DNA of 64,000 nucleotides. It comes from Gracilinanus agilis (lineage: Eukaryota). The notes under the pieces were generated by a model, which saw only the letters and a program-made list of their open reading frames with translations, did not search any database and was not told where the DNA came from. A program made the translations under genes and the position numbers. Each line of letters opens with the position of its first letter. Position 1 is the stretch's first letter. Below are positions 11,165 to 24,078 of this stretch, piece by piece. Where the stretch lies: contig NC_058131.1 of NCBI RefSeq assembly GCF_016433145.1, positions 682,578,594 to 682,642,593 of the forward strand, read 5' to 3'.

Positions 11165-11285
11165 TTGCTATCTATGTGACTCTGGGCAAGTCACTTAATC
11201 CTGCTTGCCTCCGTTTGATCATATATGAACTGAGATAGGAAAAGAAATGTCAAACTACTCCAGCATATTTGCCAAGAAAATATCA
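11165..11285 (+). mobile_element. MAR1-like CORE-SINE 3' fragment
   Basis: CORE (gtgactctgggcaagtcacttaa) followed by RTE-derived tail gaaatgtcaaactactccagcatatttgccaagaaaa. Confidence 0.7.
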
Positions 11286-11853
11286 AATTTTGTTTGTGCA
11301 AAATTGAATAATGTTGTGCAAAATTGAATAATGAATTACAAAATGACGATAGCTTTTAGTTTTGTGAAGCATTTGACAAATATTTCCTTTTATCCTCATC
11401 ACAACCCTAGATAGAAATGCTATTGTTATTCTAATTATTTAGAGATGGAAACTGAGAAAAACAGATTTGCCCAGGGTCATAATTGGAGGAAGTTTCTGAT
11501 GCCAGATTTTAACTTGGGTCTTCCTAATTCCATGGTCACCTACATAGCTGCTTGTTGGTTACCTGTTGATAAAACTCTACCTCAACAGAATCCTAAAGGG
11601 TCACTTTGACCCTTTAGTTAATTTTTTTAGTTAATTTTTCATTTTTTCCTGAATTTAGAAAGCAATAAATAGAATGAGATTTGCATAAAAATCAGAGAAA
11701 GAAGATTGCACATAACACTGCTGATCTCTATTATACCTTTGGCTATTTTTTTAAACCTGATTTCCAAATGAGTATAATTGAATGATATTTACCTATTACC
11801 AAGGGCAGGGAACTTTCTTCTTAGTTTTAAAGGAGGCCCTTTGAAGTATTTCT

Positions 11854-12108
11854 TGTTGTTCAGTTGTTCCTCGGTTGTGTTGGACTCTTCAAAATCCATC
11901 TGGGGTTTTCCTGACAAAGATACTAAGTGGTTTGCCATTTCCTTCCCCAGCTCATTGTACAGATGAGGAAACTGAGTCAAACATAGTTTAAGAACTTTCC
12001 CAGGGTTATACAGCTAATAAAAGTCTGAGGTCACATTTGAACCCTTTATGATGAGTCTTCCTGACTCGAGCTCTGGAATTCTCTTCACTGCGCCACCTCA
12101 GTGCCCTT
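11854..12108 (-). mobile_element. MAR1-like CORE-SINE, near full length
   Basis: Minus strand: tRNA-like head, CORE, RTE-derived tail ending ...actgaacaacaa. Confidence 0.8.
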
Positions 12109-13589
12109 GAAGCACTCAAACCAAAGCCAAAAAAAAAAAAAAAAAAAGTTCACATTATAAAGTAATAGAAACACAAACCCTACACATTCTTAAAAATGCA
12201 TGTATAAAAATTTACTGAAAGAAAATAAAAAGTTGTCTCTTTGGCATTAAAGGCCCATCAGAATCCAGCCCTACTCTAAATATCTCAGGACTTCCCTTTA
12301 TATATTCTATCTACACTATCATTAGATTAGATCCTCTTTTCTCCCACTCCTAGGCATGTTTCAGGTGGGATCATAGTTACAATTTGCATTGCAAAGATAA
12401 AAGTGTTATATGAGTTAATTTATTTTCTCTCATTTTTCTAATACTTGATAAGAAATAGGATGAAGATGAGAATTTACCTAAAGACATGAAATACCTGTTC
12501 CCCAGTATTCCCCACTCCTCCATTCTCTGAGTACTGAAATCATTCTTTTCCTTTAAATTTCTAATCAGTTAGCAATTCTTCCATGAAGTCTCCTCTCAAT
12601 TCCTCAGTACTGGCTAAGTAAAATTATTTATTCAAACACCTCCTGCTTAAATTTTAAATTCCTTAAGGAAAAGGCATTGACCATATCACCTTTTTAGCAC
12701 CTAATACACTGTCTACACAGAATTTTACAAAGTTCTATTGGATGAAATGGAATGACATTCATGGGACTGAAAGGAAAGGTCATTTTCATAAGGTAGTGCC
12801 ATGAACAAGAAGGGAACCTAGAGTTCAGCTAATACAATCCACTCATTTTACAAGTCAGGAAACTGAGGTCCAAAGAGTGAAGTGATTGACCAACATCAAG
12901 CAAGTGGTCAGTGTAAAAAAGTAGAATTTGAATCTAATTCCTCAGACTACAGGGTCAGTGCTTTTCCCATTATATCTTTCTAATTATCTTGTAATATCAA
13001 CCTGAAACTTTCATTGAGAAAACCTAATGAATGTTCAAAATACTTTTAGTGAAATATTTTTTAAAATAATGCAAGTATCATTACATATTCATATCATCCA
13101 TTTAGTCACTTTGATTTATTTCATTTTAGTAAGTCACTTTGTTCTTTCTTGATTCAAAGATCATAATTTTGGTTCAGAAATGGAAACCTCAACTTAGAGA
13201 AATGAATTGATTTGAATAAGGTTGCAAAGCCAATAAGCAGCAAAAGCATAATTAGAATGCAATGTAAAAGCAGAAATTGGCATGTCACATTGACTACATT
13301 AAATCTAAGGGAACTGGGGTCTACTTGTGAACATAATCACAGAATTTCAAAATGAAGAGTTGCTTTCATAACCCATAAATGTCCTTATATAATATTTCCA
13401 GAAAGCTGTCATTCAGCTTATGCCTGAGGACCTTCCAATAAATGGAAAATTCATTGCCTCCTTAGCGAGCCCATTCAGCCCTGGATAATTCAGACTTAAG
13501 GACTTTTCCCCCATAATCAAGACTAAATTTGCCTCTTTGTAACTTACATTCATGGTTCCTATTTCTATTTTCTAGAACTATCCAGAAAT

Positions 13590-13790
13590 AGAGGCTGAAC
13601 CTGCAAATTCATTCACTTGGGGAACTTCCAGATAAGGAAATTCCCTCTATTCATACAAGTCAGCACCTGCTCTTCAGTTTGGTCTTAGAAAGTTACCTAG
13701 AATATTGAAAGGTTAAGTAACTTATCCAGATCACATAGTGTGTGGCTAAGGTATGAATTCCAACCAGGGCCACCTGGCTTCATGGACACT
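13590..13790 (+). mobile_element. Marsupial MIR/CORE-derived interspersed repeat (MdoRep1-like; related copies near 3380-3550, 17930, 23010, 30510, 35740)
   Basis: gggaacttccagataaggaaattccctcta...cagcacctgctc...ggttaagtaactt pattern recurs at several positions; family name from recall. Confidence 0.6.
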
Positions 13791-15404
13791 TATCAATGAC
13801 CCATGTCTGAATGTGGAGATAGTCAACTCTTTCTTCCATGTATTTGAAATCTGTTATCATATCACTTCTCCCCTCTACCTTCTAGCTCTGTGTGGACAGA
13901 ATAGAGGAGTGAAGCAAATGTTTGCAAATGAAGTCTTGTCTTTTATCATTCTCCTGAAACTTAATTTTAAGAGATTTTTGATGATGAATGATTAGGAATA
14001 TATCAGTGACCAACATTATTTTGTAAGTATTAATCAAGAATTCCAATAACAATGCATATAAGAAAAAAATTCAATAGGTCACTAAGAATCCTGACAATTC
14101 AAAAGAACTCAGTAATGCCTTGGCTACTCACAGAATATGTCTTCTGTTGTAAGCTTCCTGGGTTCCTGCTTTCAACCAATCATAATGGTAAATTTTTAAA
14201 AGCTATCAATTTGATGAATACAGATTTCAAAATAACCTCATTTCTTGAGCAATACAGATATAGCCCTTTAAGCCAAGTTTCAAATGGTCTTTAAGAAGAC
14301 TTGGTTTAATTTAAGGCATATGCATACATCAGCTCCAGAGGACCTTGGGGACATTAATTCAAAGTTAAAGCTCTAAGGGGCAATTAAATATCTGTCTCAA
14401 TCGCTCACTCAAAATGTGACTATTTTAATGTAACAAATGGACTATAACATGCAAAGTTACTTTTCTTATCAAGTAAGGATTAAACAAGGTAGCTATAAAC
14501 CATTCATATGATTTACAGAATCAATATTGTACCACCCAGCATTTGAGCTTAAATAATTTGCAGTTTTATAAATATTTCATTAGTATTTATTTTCTATTGC
14601 CAAATCAAGTATTTCTAGAATCAATAGGTGGAAGTGTGAGGCAAGGTACAATTTGTGATCTCTATTTTCTTCTCTCTCTCTATGTCTCCATGGGAGTTTC
14701 ATGAAATCACTCATTCCTTCACTTCCTTTTCTCCCACTAGTTCCCCAACAGGAGTCTAAATTCAGGTGTTCCAACTGATCACTGGGGTAGTTTTTGCTCC
14801 ATCAGAAGCAATATTGGACCTATGATTACAAAGAGATATGACATCTTTTTCCTTGGTCTTCTTTGTAGTTAGAAATGTAAGTTGGTGATAATTAAGTTCA
14901 TAATATTTTTAAAAAGAAATTAGAAAGAAAAATAAACAGATGCTTCAATACAACAGCAATTTAAAAAGAATGTGGAAATAAATACAATATTACTGTACCA
15001 AATATGCAAATGTAAGCAAGGGCAGTGGACATCTGAACTTTAACTGAAACACAAACTATTGCATCTTGAGGATTTTTTCACATTTGCTTTGCTAATGCAT
15101 CTCTAAGTAACTCAGAGATTTGTTTGAGGGAGAGGATAAGGAATAAGAAGTAATTTTGGATTGAAGAAAAGAAGGCAGGACTTAATTGAGCATTGTAACA
15201 GAGTCTTTGAGCAACACAAAGGCTGAAGTCCTAATAAAGAAGTCCTCATACAAGAGATAACAGGAAGTTTCTAAGGATCCTAGATAGTACTTACAAAAGT
15301 GCTTACATGGGAGGGAGCAAAGGATACATTTTTAAAAATTTGCTTCTAAATCTTGCCTTGGCATATCCACTTAAGAATCCATGAAATAAAATATTTTGCT
15401 TGTC

Positions 15405-15600
15405 TTTTTTTTACCTTTACCTTCTGTCTTAGAATCAATTCTCAGTATTGGTTCCAAAATAGAAGAACAATAATAGGTAGGCAGTGGGAGTCAAGTGACT
15501 TGCCCAGGGTCACACAACTAGAAAAATATCTGAGTCCAGATTTGGATCCCGGGCTTCTCTTCACTAGGACTAGCTCTCAATCCTCTGAGTCACCTAGCTG
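15405..15600 (-). mobile_element. Older tRNA-derived CORE-SINE
   Basis: caagtgacttgcccagggtcacacaactag...atttggatccc...tcacctagctg; related older copies at 24597-24775, 43870-44040 and 45590-45740. Confidence 0.75.
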
Positions 15601-15959
15601 ACCCCTATTTTACTTGTTTTGGGGATTTGTATTTCTCATTTCATTTTATTTGGAGTTGTAATGCAAGAGTACAACAAATCAATCATAATAAATTAGCTTT
15701 TGTGTAAAACATCCTGAAATATGAAGAATTTTTCAAAAGGATGGGCTCTGAATTAACTCAAAAAGAACTGGTCTAGTTAGAAAGGGAAAACCCTCTAATA
15801 AATTGTGGTATATGAGGGTAATGGAATATAATTTTGCTGCAAGAAAAGATGAAGTGGTTAGTATCTGAGAAACTTGAGAAGACATATGAATTGTGGGAGA
15901 GAGAAGTGAGCAAAAAAACCACCTCTTTTTATCCCTTTTTTATCTCACTTGGTAATATC

Positions 15960-16885
15960 ATCTCTCATTGGATCAAGTATCATCTCTATAAAAATGATTT
16001 TCAGATCTACTTCTTCAATCTTAATCTTTCCTGACCTCCAGTTTCTCTATCTCCAAATACTTGTTGGCATCTCAAACGAAATGTCCCATAGACATCTTAA
16101 ACTCAACATGTCACAAAACCGAAGTCATTATCTTCCTTCGAATGCCTTCCCTTCTCTCTAACTTTCCTATTACCATAAAGGGCACCAACATCTTCTGAAT
16201 TACTGATGCTCAAAAACTAGCTATAATCCTCAATTCTTCATCATGCCTCACCATCATCCTGTAAAATATTGCCATATCCATTTGGCAATTCCAAATACCA
16301 CTCATCTTCACCCTTTCTCTCTGACATCTCAACTAGATGATAAAGTCCCTCATCATTTCTTGCCTGGACTTTGAAAGAGACTGTTGGTTGATCTCCCTGA
16401 TTCTAGTCTCCTCTCTTTCTAGACTAGACCATTCCCATTTAATTGTCAAAGTGATCTTCTTAAAGCACTTCTGAGACCTATGTCAGAGCCCTAAAATCCA
16501 GTGACTTCCACTTACCTACAAGATCAAATGTAAATTTCTCTTTTTTATTTGGAAAAGCTTTTTCATAATCTGGCCCCTGCTAACTTTTCCACTAATAAAC
16601 AATCCAGTGTAACAGGTTTTCTGGTTATTCTTTGCAAAAGACATTATTTTCCTAACATTGCATTTTTCACTGGTTATTTATTCCCTATGCCTGGAATTCT
16701 ATCACTTTTCATTTCTGCCTCTTAGCTTCCCTAGCATCCTTCAAGTCTCATCTAAAATACCAATTTCTGAAAAAAATCTTTTCTCCATATGCCTTTAATT
16801 ATAATTCTTTCCACTTTATCCTGTATAAATAATATTTCTACAAAGTTATTTGTATGTTATCTTCTTTATTAGACTATAACCTCCT
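15960..16885 (+). mobile_element. L2 LINE 3' portion
   Basis: catcttaaactcaacatgtc...aaaac, atgcctggaat, and ttagactataacctcct (L2 3' end motif). Confidence 0.8.
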
Positions 16886-17245
16886 CTGTCATAAGTCATA
16901 GCAGTAAAGGACAGAATCTCAACAGTTACCCAAAACAAAAAGAAATAAAATTGAGTCTTGCATCCACCACAGGACATGGTCTTTTCTGGAACCAGATTCC
17001 TCAAAAATTTAGGAAAAACAGACATTGTACACATAATGTCCAGCTTAGACAAGTTGACTAGAAAAAAGTACATAGGGGTCTGTTGACTAACACTCCGAAT
17101 AACCAAGACATTGATAATGGTATTCCCAGTGGACACTGTTGTATATAGGAAAAACAAGTGTCAAAGATCAAGCTCATTATAGGCATGCTATCTAAGAAGC
17201 TTTGAAGGATGGCACCAGGCACCAGGGTTGGTTACTCAAAAGCAT
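16885..17245 (-). pseudogene. OR pseudogene, 5' third only, paralog of OR B
   Basis: ATG CTT TTG AGT AAC at 17245 aligns with the OR B start; early frameshifts; TPMYFFLVNL...DIMC...AMTYDR then abrupt junction to L2. About 1 kb of upstream flank (17250-18260) aligns with the OR B flank (22290-23340). Confidence 0.9.
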
Positions 17246-18884
17246 CCTCTTGAGAGAAGAGTTTTTCCCATTTTTTCTTTTAGTATCAATTGAAATATTT
17301 ACAGAGCTCTCTGGTTCTCTCTCCCAATTTGCTGGATTTTATGAGAAAAGACAATATTTTAAATGAAATTCAATTTAGGGATAATATGTAGGAATAATCC
17401 AAATGATCTCATAATTTACTGAAATTTTAAATTTAGGCTACGAATCAGTGAACTAAAAGAGAGCAATCAATTTAATTAAAAACTTATAAAACAACTCATA
17501 AATCTGGATTCTTTTCTAATAGAGAGGGAATTACAGGCTATTTTTTATTTAATCAGTGCATTATTATTTGCCAGACATTGGGTCAGGATTTGAACTTATA
17601 TTCAATGACTCTGGGTACAGTGCTTTTTTGATCTAGACAGCTATTGATTAGGTCTCTCCTAAAGATGCACAACAACTAAAGTGTACATTTCATTTCAGGT
17701 GTGTTGATAGCATGGCTTTCTACAAGGGTAAGAAAGCAATTAATTTTTTTATCTGAACATTCCTTAGAATACCATTTAGCTAAAACATTGGTGTGACTTT
17801 GGATAATCATCTAATTTCTCTATCTATTTTTCTCTTTCCATAAAATGAAGGGGCTGGACTAGTTTTACACCTGCAATCATTTCCAATTTTAAATTGTTGT
17901 GTTCCTCTGCTTTCCACTATCATCCTGAGGCAATTTATTCATACTATGCATTGCAGAAAAGGTTCTGATTTGAACTGCTAAAGGGAGTTTATTCCCCTGC
18001 TAATTCTCTTTGCCAGTGAAATCAGAAGTCCTCTCTCTAACCCTAATGTGAATATTAAAAAAAATAAAACATTCAATCCAATATGGTTTTATTCTATTTA
18101 CACTTGAACAAATTAACTTCAGGACACAAAGTGTTATACCATTTCAATCACTTTCCCTAGGTCTCCATGAAGAGTCTCTGCCTAGTCACTTACATTCATT
18201 CTCTTTTATCAGGTTATTCCTGAAGAAAATCTGAGAAAAAGAATAATCAAGTCCTCACAGACAGTCATTAATACTCATTATTGACAAAGTTTAACATCTT
18301 TTTATCTTTTATGGTTTAAATATATTTGAAAGCTAGTTGTTCCACACAAAGAGAAATCAAAAGATTAACTTCAGTTAGCAATGTATGGGTATCCTATTTT
18401 TATTATACAATGACTCATATGTCTAAGTATGTGAATAGGTCAATCTCAAGGAAAGAAAATCAGTTTCTTCACAACCATATGAACAAATCTTCCAAATCAC
18501 TAATGAGAAAATGTAAATGAAAGCAATTCTGACTTTCTATCAAGTATTCATTAAATTGACAAAACTGAGAAAAAAGGAAAATTTATATGTTATATATATG
18601 TGTGTATGTATGTATATGTATATATTAGTACTTTCTGTGGTGGCAAAAAAAACCCACTAGAAAATAAAATGAAACCCACTGTTGAATAATGGCTGAACAA
18701 ATAGTGATATATGATGTGATGGAATAAAATTGTAGGAAAAGAGCTTCGAAGAGACATGGAAGTACTTTTATGAACTGATATGTAATGAAATGAACAGAAC
18801 CAGGACAATTTATAATATCAATATTATTTTTAATGGAAAATTCTGAAAAACATAAGAATCTTAGATAACTAAATATTCATGATA

Positions 18885-19385
18885 TGCAAAGGAAATTTAC
18901 CATCCCCTCCTTTCTGGGGTCACATAACTGCCTGCTTACCTGGCATGAGCCTGAAGTTGACCTGGAGGCAAGGATGCTGTGAAGGAAAACCATGAGTGAA
19001 TTGGGTCATGAGGATAGAATGGTAGTCAGAAAAAGGCAGCAATAGATTCAAGAGATCACAAGACAGGGGACAGGGTGGATGCCCCTTGCACTGACCCCTG
19101 GACTGCTCATCTGGGTGGCCTCGGCAAAATAAAAACCACAGTTGGCTCCCAAGACCTGATGTGTGACAGTTAGTGGGCAGGGAAGATTTTTGATAAACTG
19201 AGGCAAGAGTGGATTTTGCTCTCTTCTCTTCAGTGTTTGTTGCTGGATGGAACTTCCCTGAGAGTGTGGCTAGAGGGCCCTAAGTAACCTACATATCTCT
19301 CTCCTATTTTTCCATCTTTTTCCCTACTACTTTTAATTAATAAAATTATTAATTTACAGTCAGTCTCATAATTTTCCCTTTTACA
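18885..19385 (+). mobile_element. ERV solo LTR, 501 bp
   Basis: TG...CA termini with perfect 6-bp TSD ATGATA (18879-18884 and 19386-19391); aataaa near 3' end. Confidence 0.85.
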
Positions 19386-19850
19386 ATGATAATAGAGTAT
19401 TAATAAAGAAGAATAATGATGACCCATTGACAGAGAGATTATGAACTAATATTCAGAATCAGAAAGATTTTTTATATAACCAGTATGGGAATTTGCTTTG
19501 CTTGATTATTCTGTCGGCTAGAAGACCTGTATTTCTGTTTATTTTTCCTTGTATCAGTGGATGATAGTAATTTGAGAGATGTGAAGAAATGAAAGTACAG
19601 GAAAATAAATAAAGGGAATAATAAAAAAGAAAAATCACAACTTAACCTCAGTTTTCTCATCTATGAAACAAGAATTATTACAGGTAGATTTTTTATCTCA
19701 CTGAATTGCTAAAAAATGTTTTTTGCTTTATTTTACCCAGCTTTAAGTTATTGTGAAAGTATGAGCTAGAAGGGAAGAAGTTAAGCTATTTCTCTAGTGT
19801 TTAATGTCTAATATAATGTTATGGTAAAAGCTACTTAAAAATTAAAAATG

Positions 19851-20052
19851 GAGGCAGCTGTGGGGCTCAATGGATTAAGAGACAGGCCTAGAGATGGAAG
19901 ATCCAGAGATCAAATCTGGACTCAGTCATTTCCTTGCTGTATGACTCTAGGCAAGTCACTTAGCTCCCATTGACTAGTCCTTCCTGCACTTCAGCTTTGG
20001 AACAAATACAGAGTATTGATTCTAGGATGGGAAATAAGGTTGTATTTTTTTA
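19851..20052 (+). mobile_element. Older tRNA-derived CORE-SINE (SINE1-like, diverged)
   Basis: gaggcagctgtggggctcaatggatt...caagtcactt...gtattgattctaggatgggaaataagg; absent from the paralogous flank of OR C. Confidence 0.8.
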
Positions 20053-20122
20053 GAAGTTAAAGATAATTGGCATTTTCTAATTCTCTGAAGCAGCCCTCCA
20101 TAATCTTTAAATTAATGAATTA

Positions 20123-20599
20123 TCATTTTTCCTTGAGAAATAAAGTCTTTTTGGGGAGTACTTTTGTTATCCTTTTTACTCAAAATGCAGGTAAGAGAGT
20201 TCAAGGTAGGAATCACTGCAGAGTAAAACACAGTCATGATCTTGCCCTTGTTTTAAGAATAAGGGGAACCTAAGCTCAGGTAGACAAAGTCTACGATTGA
20301 GTCACTAAAATGAGGTGAGAGGACTAGGTGGGAAAAAAATCTCTTCTGGTCCTGTGTCATCTGGACTGTTGTGATACTGAAGATGCTGAAGCCATAGGAC
20401 AACATGGGAAATGGGAAATTCAGAACAGCAAAGAATATGTTGGCCATAAAAGTCACAATGTCATTCCTATAGACGGAAGATCAGGAGAGGGGCAGCATAG
20501 AGGAGATCTCACAGAGAAAATGGTTCATCACATTAGGACTACAGAATGACACCCTCAACAAGAGGTCAGTATTTGTTGTGGTTTCAAATGCACTGATTC

Positions 20600-20602
<3 letters not shown>
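20123..20602 (-). pseudogene. OR pseudogene, 3' half only, paralog of OR C
   Basis: Aligns with 33713-34205 including stop context (tatcatt..ccttgagaaa); residual GISAFETTTNT..LRVSFCSPNVMNHFLCEIS; frameshifted; 5' half missing beyond the (CA)n tract. Confidence 0.9.
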
Positions 20603-20655
<53 letters not shown>

Positions 20656-20662
20656 ACACACA
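20603..20662. repeat. (CA)n microsatellite, about 30 units
   Basis: Read directly; one TA interruption at 20651. Confidence 0.98.
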
Positions 20663-21353
20663 TTTAAAGAAACACATTGAAGGAAATCTATTATTGTTCT
20701 ATGATACTGCAAAGTAAGAGCTGAGAAAGGCTATCTGCCAGTCATAAACCTTGATTATGAAAACCTAGACCTGCATTTCTGTTTCCTTTCACTGAAAGTT
20801 GTATTTCTTTAAATTGGGAAACTTAATGATTTACTTTGCTCCTATTGTTGTTCTGAATTAAACTGTTTTCCTTCTTCATTTATGGAGCTACCTTGATAGG
20901 AAATTTATATTTAATTAGGGTTATTAATGAATTGTGAACCATATTTCTTGGAATTCCATAACTAATGAGATCATAGAGGCCTTTTAGTGACTGAGCATAT
21001 TTAATTGTCTTTGTCTTAATTTGCTCTTTTGTATATTCTTCCCATGTTTAATGACCTGACCAGGATCGCTATCTTTTAGACTTTACCTAATGAATTTAAA
21101 AAAGGAAAAGGGGGAAATCCACCTTCTGATTCTGACCTATAGAACAACTAAATTCCCTTAGAGACTCATTGCAATTGCATTCTCACTCACAAATTGGTCA
21201 GGGAATTCTAGAAATTGCAGATCTGTGGGTAGAAGAACTTATCAATCATACCTAGGATATGAGATTTTATAGCAAGAAAAATCTTTTGAGTTTTCGAAGA
21301 TCAAAGCCTGGTACACATCAAACTTATCCAGGAACCTGTAAGTCCATAAACCT

Positions 21354-22283
21354 TCACTTGTAAAATAGTAGCCCTTTTCTGAGGGCTTCCCTGACATCCT
21401 TATTTCTTAAGGTATAGAAGAGAGGGTTTAAGGTGGGGCTAACTGCTGTGTACAACACAGCAACCAATTTCCCATTTTCCGGAGAATAGCTAGAGATGGG
21501 ACTGACATAGGCATAAAACACAGTACAATAATACATGGTGACCACAATCAGATGAGAGGAACAGGTAGAGAATGCTCTCTTCTTCCCCTCTGTGGTCTGG
21601 ATTCTCATGATGCTGGAGATGATGAAACAGTAAGACACAATGGTGAGCAGAAAATTCAGAACTGAAAAGAAGACATCAGCAAGGACTGTCATGATATTGT
21701 TCACATAGGTTGAAGTGCAAGAGAGCAGCAACACAGGGGGGATTTCACAGAAGAACTGATTAATGACATTAGGGCCACAGAATGATAATCGAATCATCAG
21801 TCCAGTATTGATGGTGGTATTAATTCCACAGATGCTCCAAACCCCAACTGCCAGAAGGACGCAGATCTTCTTGCTCATCATGGTGCTGTAATACAAGGGG
21901 TGGCAGATGGCCACATACCGATCATAAGCCATGGCTGTGAAGAGCAGGAGCTCACCAGATACAGACCAGATGAGGAAGTATACTTGGGCCATGCATCCCC
22001 CATAGGAGATGGTCTTCTTTTCAGTAACCAAGTTCTCTAATACCTTTGGAAGAACAGAGGTTGTGCACATCATGTCCAGCATAGCCAAATTAACTAGAAA
22101 AAAGTACATAGGAGTATGAAGACTAGAGCTCCATATAACCAGGACAATGATAAGGATATTCCCAGTAAGTGCTATTGTATAGAGGAAGAAAAAAGTGCCA
22201 AAGAGCAAGATCCTCATAGGAATGCTATCTGAGAAGCCTTGAAGGATGAACTCAGTCACCAGTGTCTGGTTACTCAACAACAT
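21354..22283 (-). CDS. Olfactory receptor family 13 (OR13A-like), OR B, intact, 309 aa
   Basis: The ORF track starts at a GTG (22349); first in-frame ATG is 22283 (MLLSNQT, N-glycosylation sequon). LHTPMYFFL, MAYDRYVAICHPLYY, RAFSTCSSHL, PTLNPLFYTLRNKDV all intact. Confidence 0.93.
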   Translation of the reverse strand: MLLSNQTLVTEFILQGFSDSIPMRILLFGTFFFLYTIALTGNILIIVLVIWSSSLHTPMYFFLVNLAMLDMMCTTSVLPKVLENLVTEKKTISYGGCMAQVYFLIWSVSGELLLFTAMAYDRYVAICHPLYYSTMMSKKICVLLAVGVWSICGINTTINTGLMIRLSFCGPNVINQFFCEIPPVLLLSCTSTYVNNIMTVLADVFFSVLNFLLTIVSYCFIISSIMRIQTTEGKKRAFSTCSSHLIVVTMYYCTVFYAYVSPISSYSPENGKLVAVLYTAVSPTLNPLFYTLRNKDVREALRKGLLFYK

Positions 22284-22378
22284 CCTATTGAGAGTGGAGT
22301 TTTCTCTCTTTTTCTCTCGTTTACTTCCAGAGTCAATTGAAATAGTCACAGAACTCTCTGGCTCTCTCTTTTAACTTG

Positions 22379-22400
22379 CTATATTTTATGAGAAAAGAAA
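22379..22400 (-). promoter_or_regulatory. 3' splice acceptor of OR B coding exon
   Basis: tttcttttctcataaaatatag|caag; the AG is also kept in the paralogous pseudogene flank (ccag|caaa at 17332). Confidence 0.55.
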
Positions 22401-23954
22401 ATATTTTTTAAATAATTCAATCTTGGGATAACATTTATGAATAATACAAGTGATCCTATTATTTCTTCAAACTTTAAATTTGGACTATGAATCAGTGACC
22501 TAAAAAAACCCTTTAATTTAATTAATAAAAAAATTATACAGTTCATGAAACTGTATTCTCTTTTATTACAAAGGGAATGATAGACTATTATTATGTGAAT
22601 ACTGAACAATAAGCATTTATAGTGGCAGAACTCTCTGCCAGGCACTGGGTCAGGATTTGAACTGAGGTCCATTGACTCTGAGTACATTGTTTTTTTTTCA
22701 ACTAGACAACTATTGATTGTCTCTAATTGTCTCTAATATGTAACAACTAAAATGCCAAGTTCATTCCAGGTGCATTAGCAGCATGGTTTTCTACAAGGGC
22801 AAGACAACAATTTGTCTTTTATCTGAACCTTGGTTGGAGTGCCAGTTGGGCAAAGCATTGGTGTAATACTGGTAAATCACTTAATTTCTCTGGGTCTTTG
22901 TTTCTTTATCCATAAAGGGAAGAAGCTGGACTAATGACCTCTGAGGTCATTTTTCATCTCCAATTTTGAATTGGTTTGTTTCTGTGATCCTGTGATTTCC
23001 ACTATCTTCTTGAGGCAATTCCCTCAGACTATATATTGCAGAAATTTTTATCTCAATTGGTAGAGTTTATTGCCTGGAAAATTCCCAATTAAATCGTGTC
23101 CCTAGACCTAGAATAAATATTAAAAGTCAATATAACTAATTCAATTTGATTTTTACATATTTGAATTTAATTTGAATTTAAATTGAATTTGAAACAAATT
23201 AACTTCACTATGTCAAGTTTTATAACTGTTCAATCATGGTCTGTAGGTCTACTTCAGGAGTCTCTGCCAATTCACTCATTTTCATTTCTTTTTACCAAAC
23301 TATTCCTGAAGAAAACCTGAGAAAAGAATGATCAGGCCCTCAAAGGCCATGGGGAAATCATTTAACCTCCCTTTGCCTCAATCTCTCAACTGCAAAATGA
23401 GGGAGTTAGACTCAATGGCCTCTAAGGTCCCTTGAAATTCTAAATCTATAATTCTATGATCTTATGACACTCTATAAAGGATCACCCTTTCAGCTCCCAA
23501 TTGATTGAGTGGTTTAGAAAATGGAAAATTCCAAAATGTCTACAGTTTGCTAATTACAAAACTCTAATAGGTATATCAGAGAAAAACATGGAACCTTAAA
23601 TAGAGGCTTTCCTCCAAACTAAAAAGATCCCAGAGAAGAATCACTTAAAGTTCTACTTTAAGCATGGACTACTGGAATAAAATATATACATTTCAAATGT
23701 AGTTTCTGTATGTTTTCCATTGTTTCTTTGCCACAAAGGAGAGATCAGTCTGGAAGAATGTAAAGCTATGAGCTGTCAAGCAACAGGGGAATAATTGTTA
23801 TGTAAAGACAAAGGGCATCAATAAAATGTTTTTATTTTTAAACTACATTTTCACAAAATTTCTTCCAAATATCCTTTAAGGTGACTGGATCAGTTCAGCT
23901 ATGAATGTAACTTTTCAATGATCTTTAGAGTACTGATTAAAATGTATTATCTAT

Positions 23955-24078
23955 CCTAGGTTCAGACCCGGCCTCAGCCACTTCCCAGCTGTGTGACCCT
24001 GGGCAGGTCACTTGACCCCCATTGCCCACCCTTACCACTCTTCCACCTATGAGACAATACACCGAAATTAAGGGTCTA
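23955..24078 (+). mobile_element. Young SINE1_Mdo-type SINE, 5'-truncated, short-tail variant
   Basis: 16-bp TSD aaaatgtattatctat (23939-23954 and 24079-24094). Confidence 0.92.

Noticed and set aside
9940-11285. Direct repeat gaaatggcaaacc..ccagtat..gc.aagaaaa at about 9946 and 11265, suggesting LTRs
   Set aside because: Explained by the RTE-derived tail of MAR1 sharing sequence with the BovB-like element.
11294-11333. Exact 20-bp tandem duplication (similar short ones at about 10813 and 48488-48538)
   Set aside because: Ordinary slippage duplications in or beside decayed repeats; no array or spacer structure (not CRISPR-like).
22284-22349. 22-aa N-terminal extension of OR B in the ORF track
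   Set aside because: It starts at GTG, not ATG, and an in-frame TAA lies just downstream of the predicted acceptor; the first ATG is 22283.
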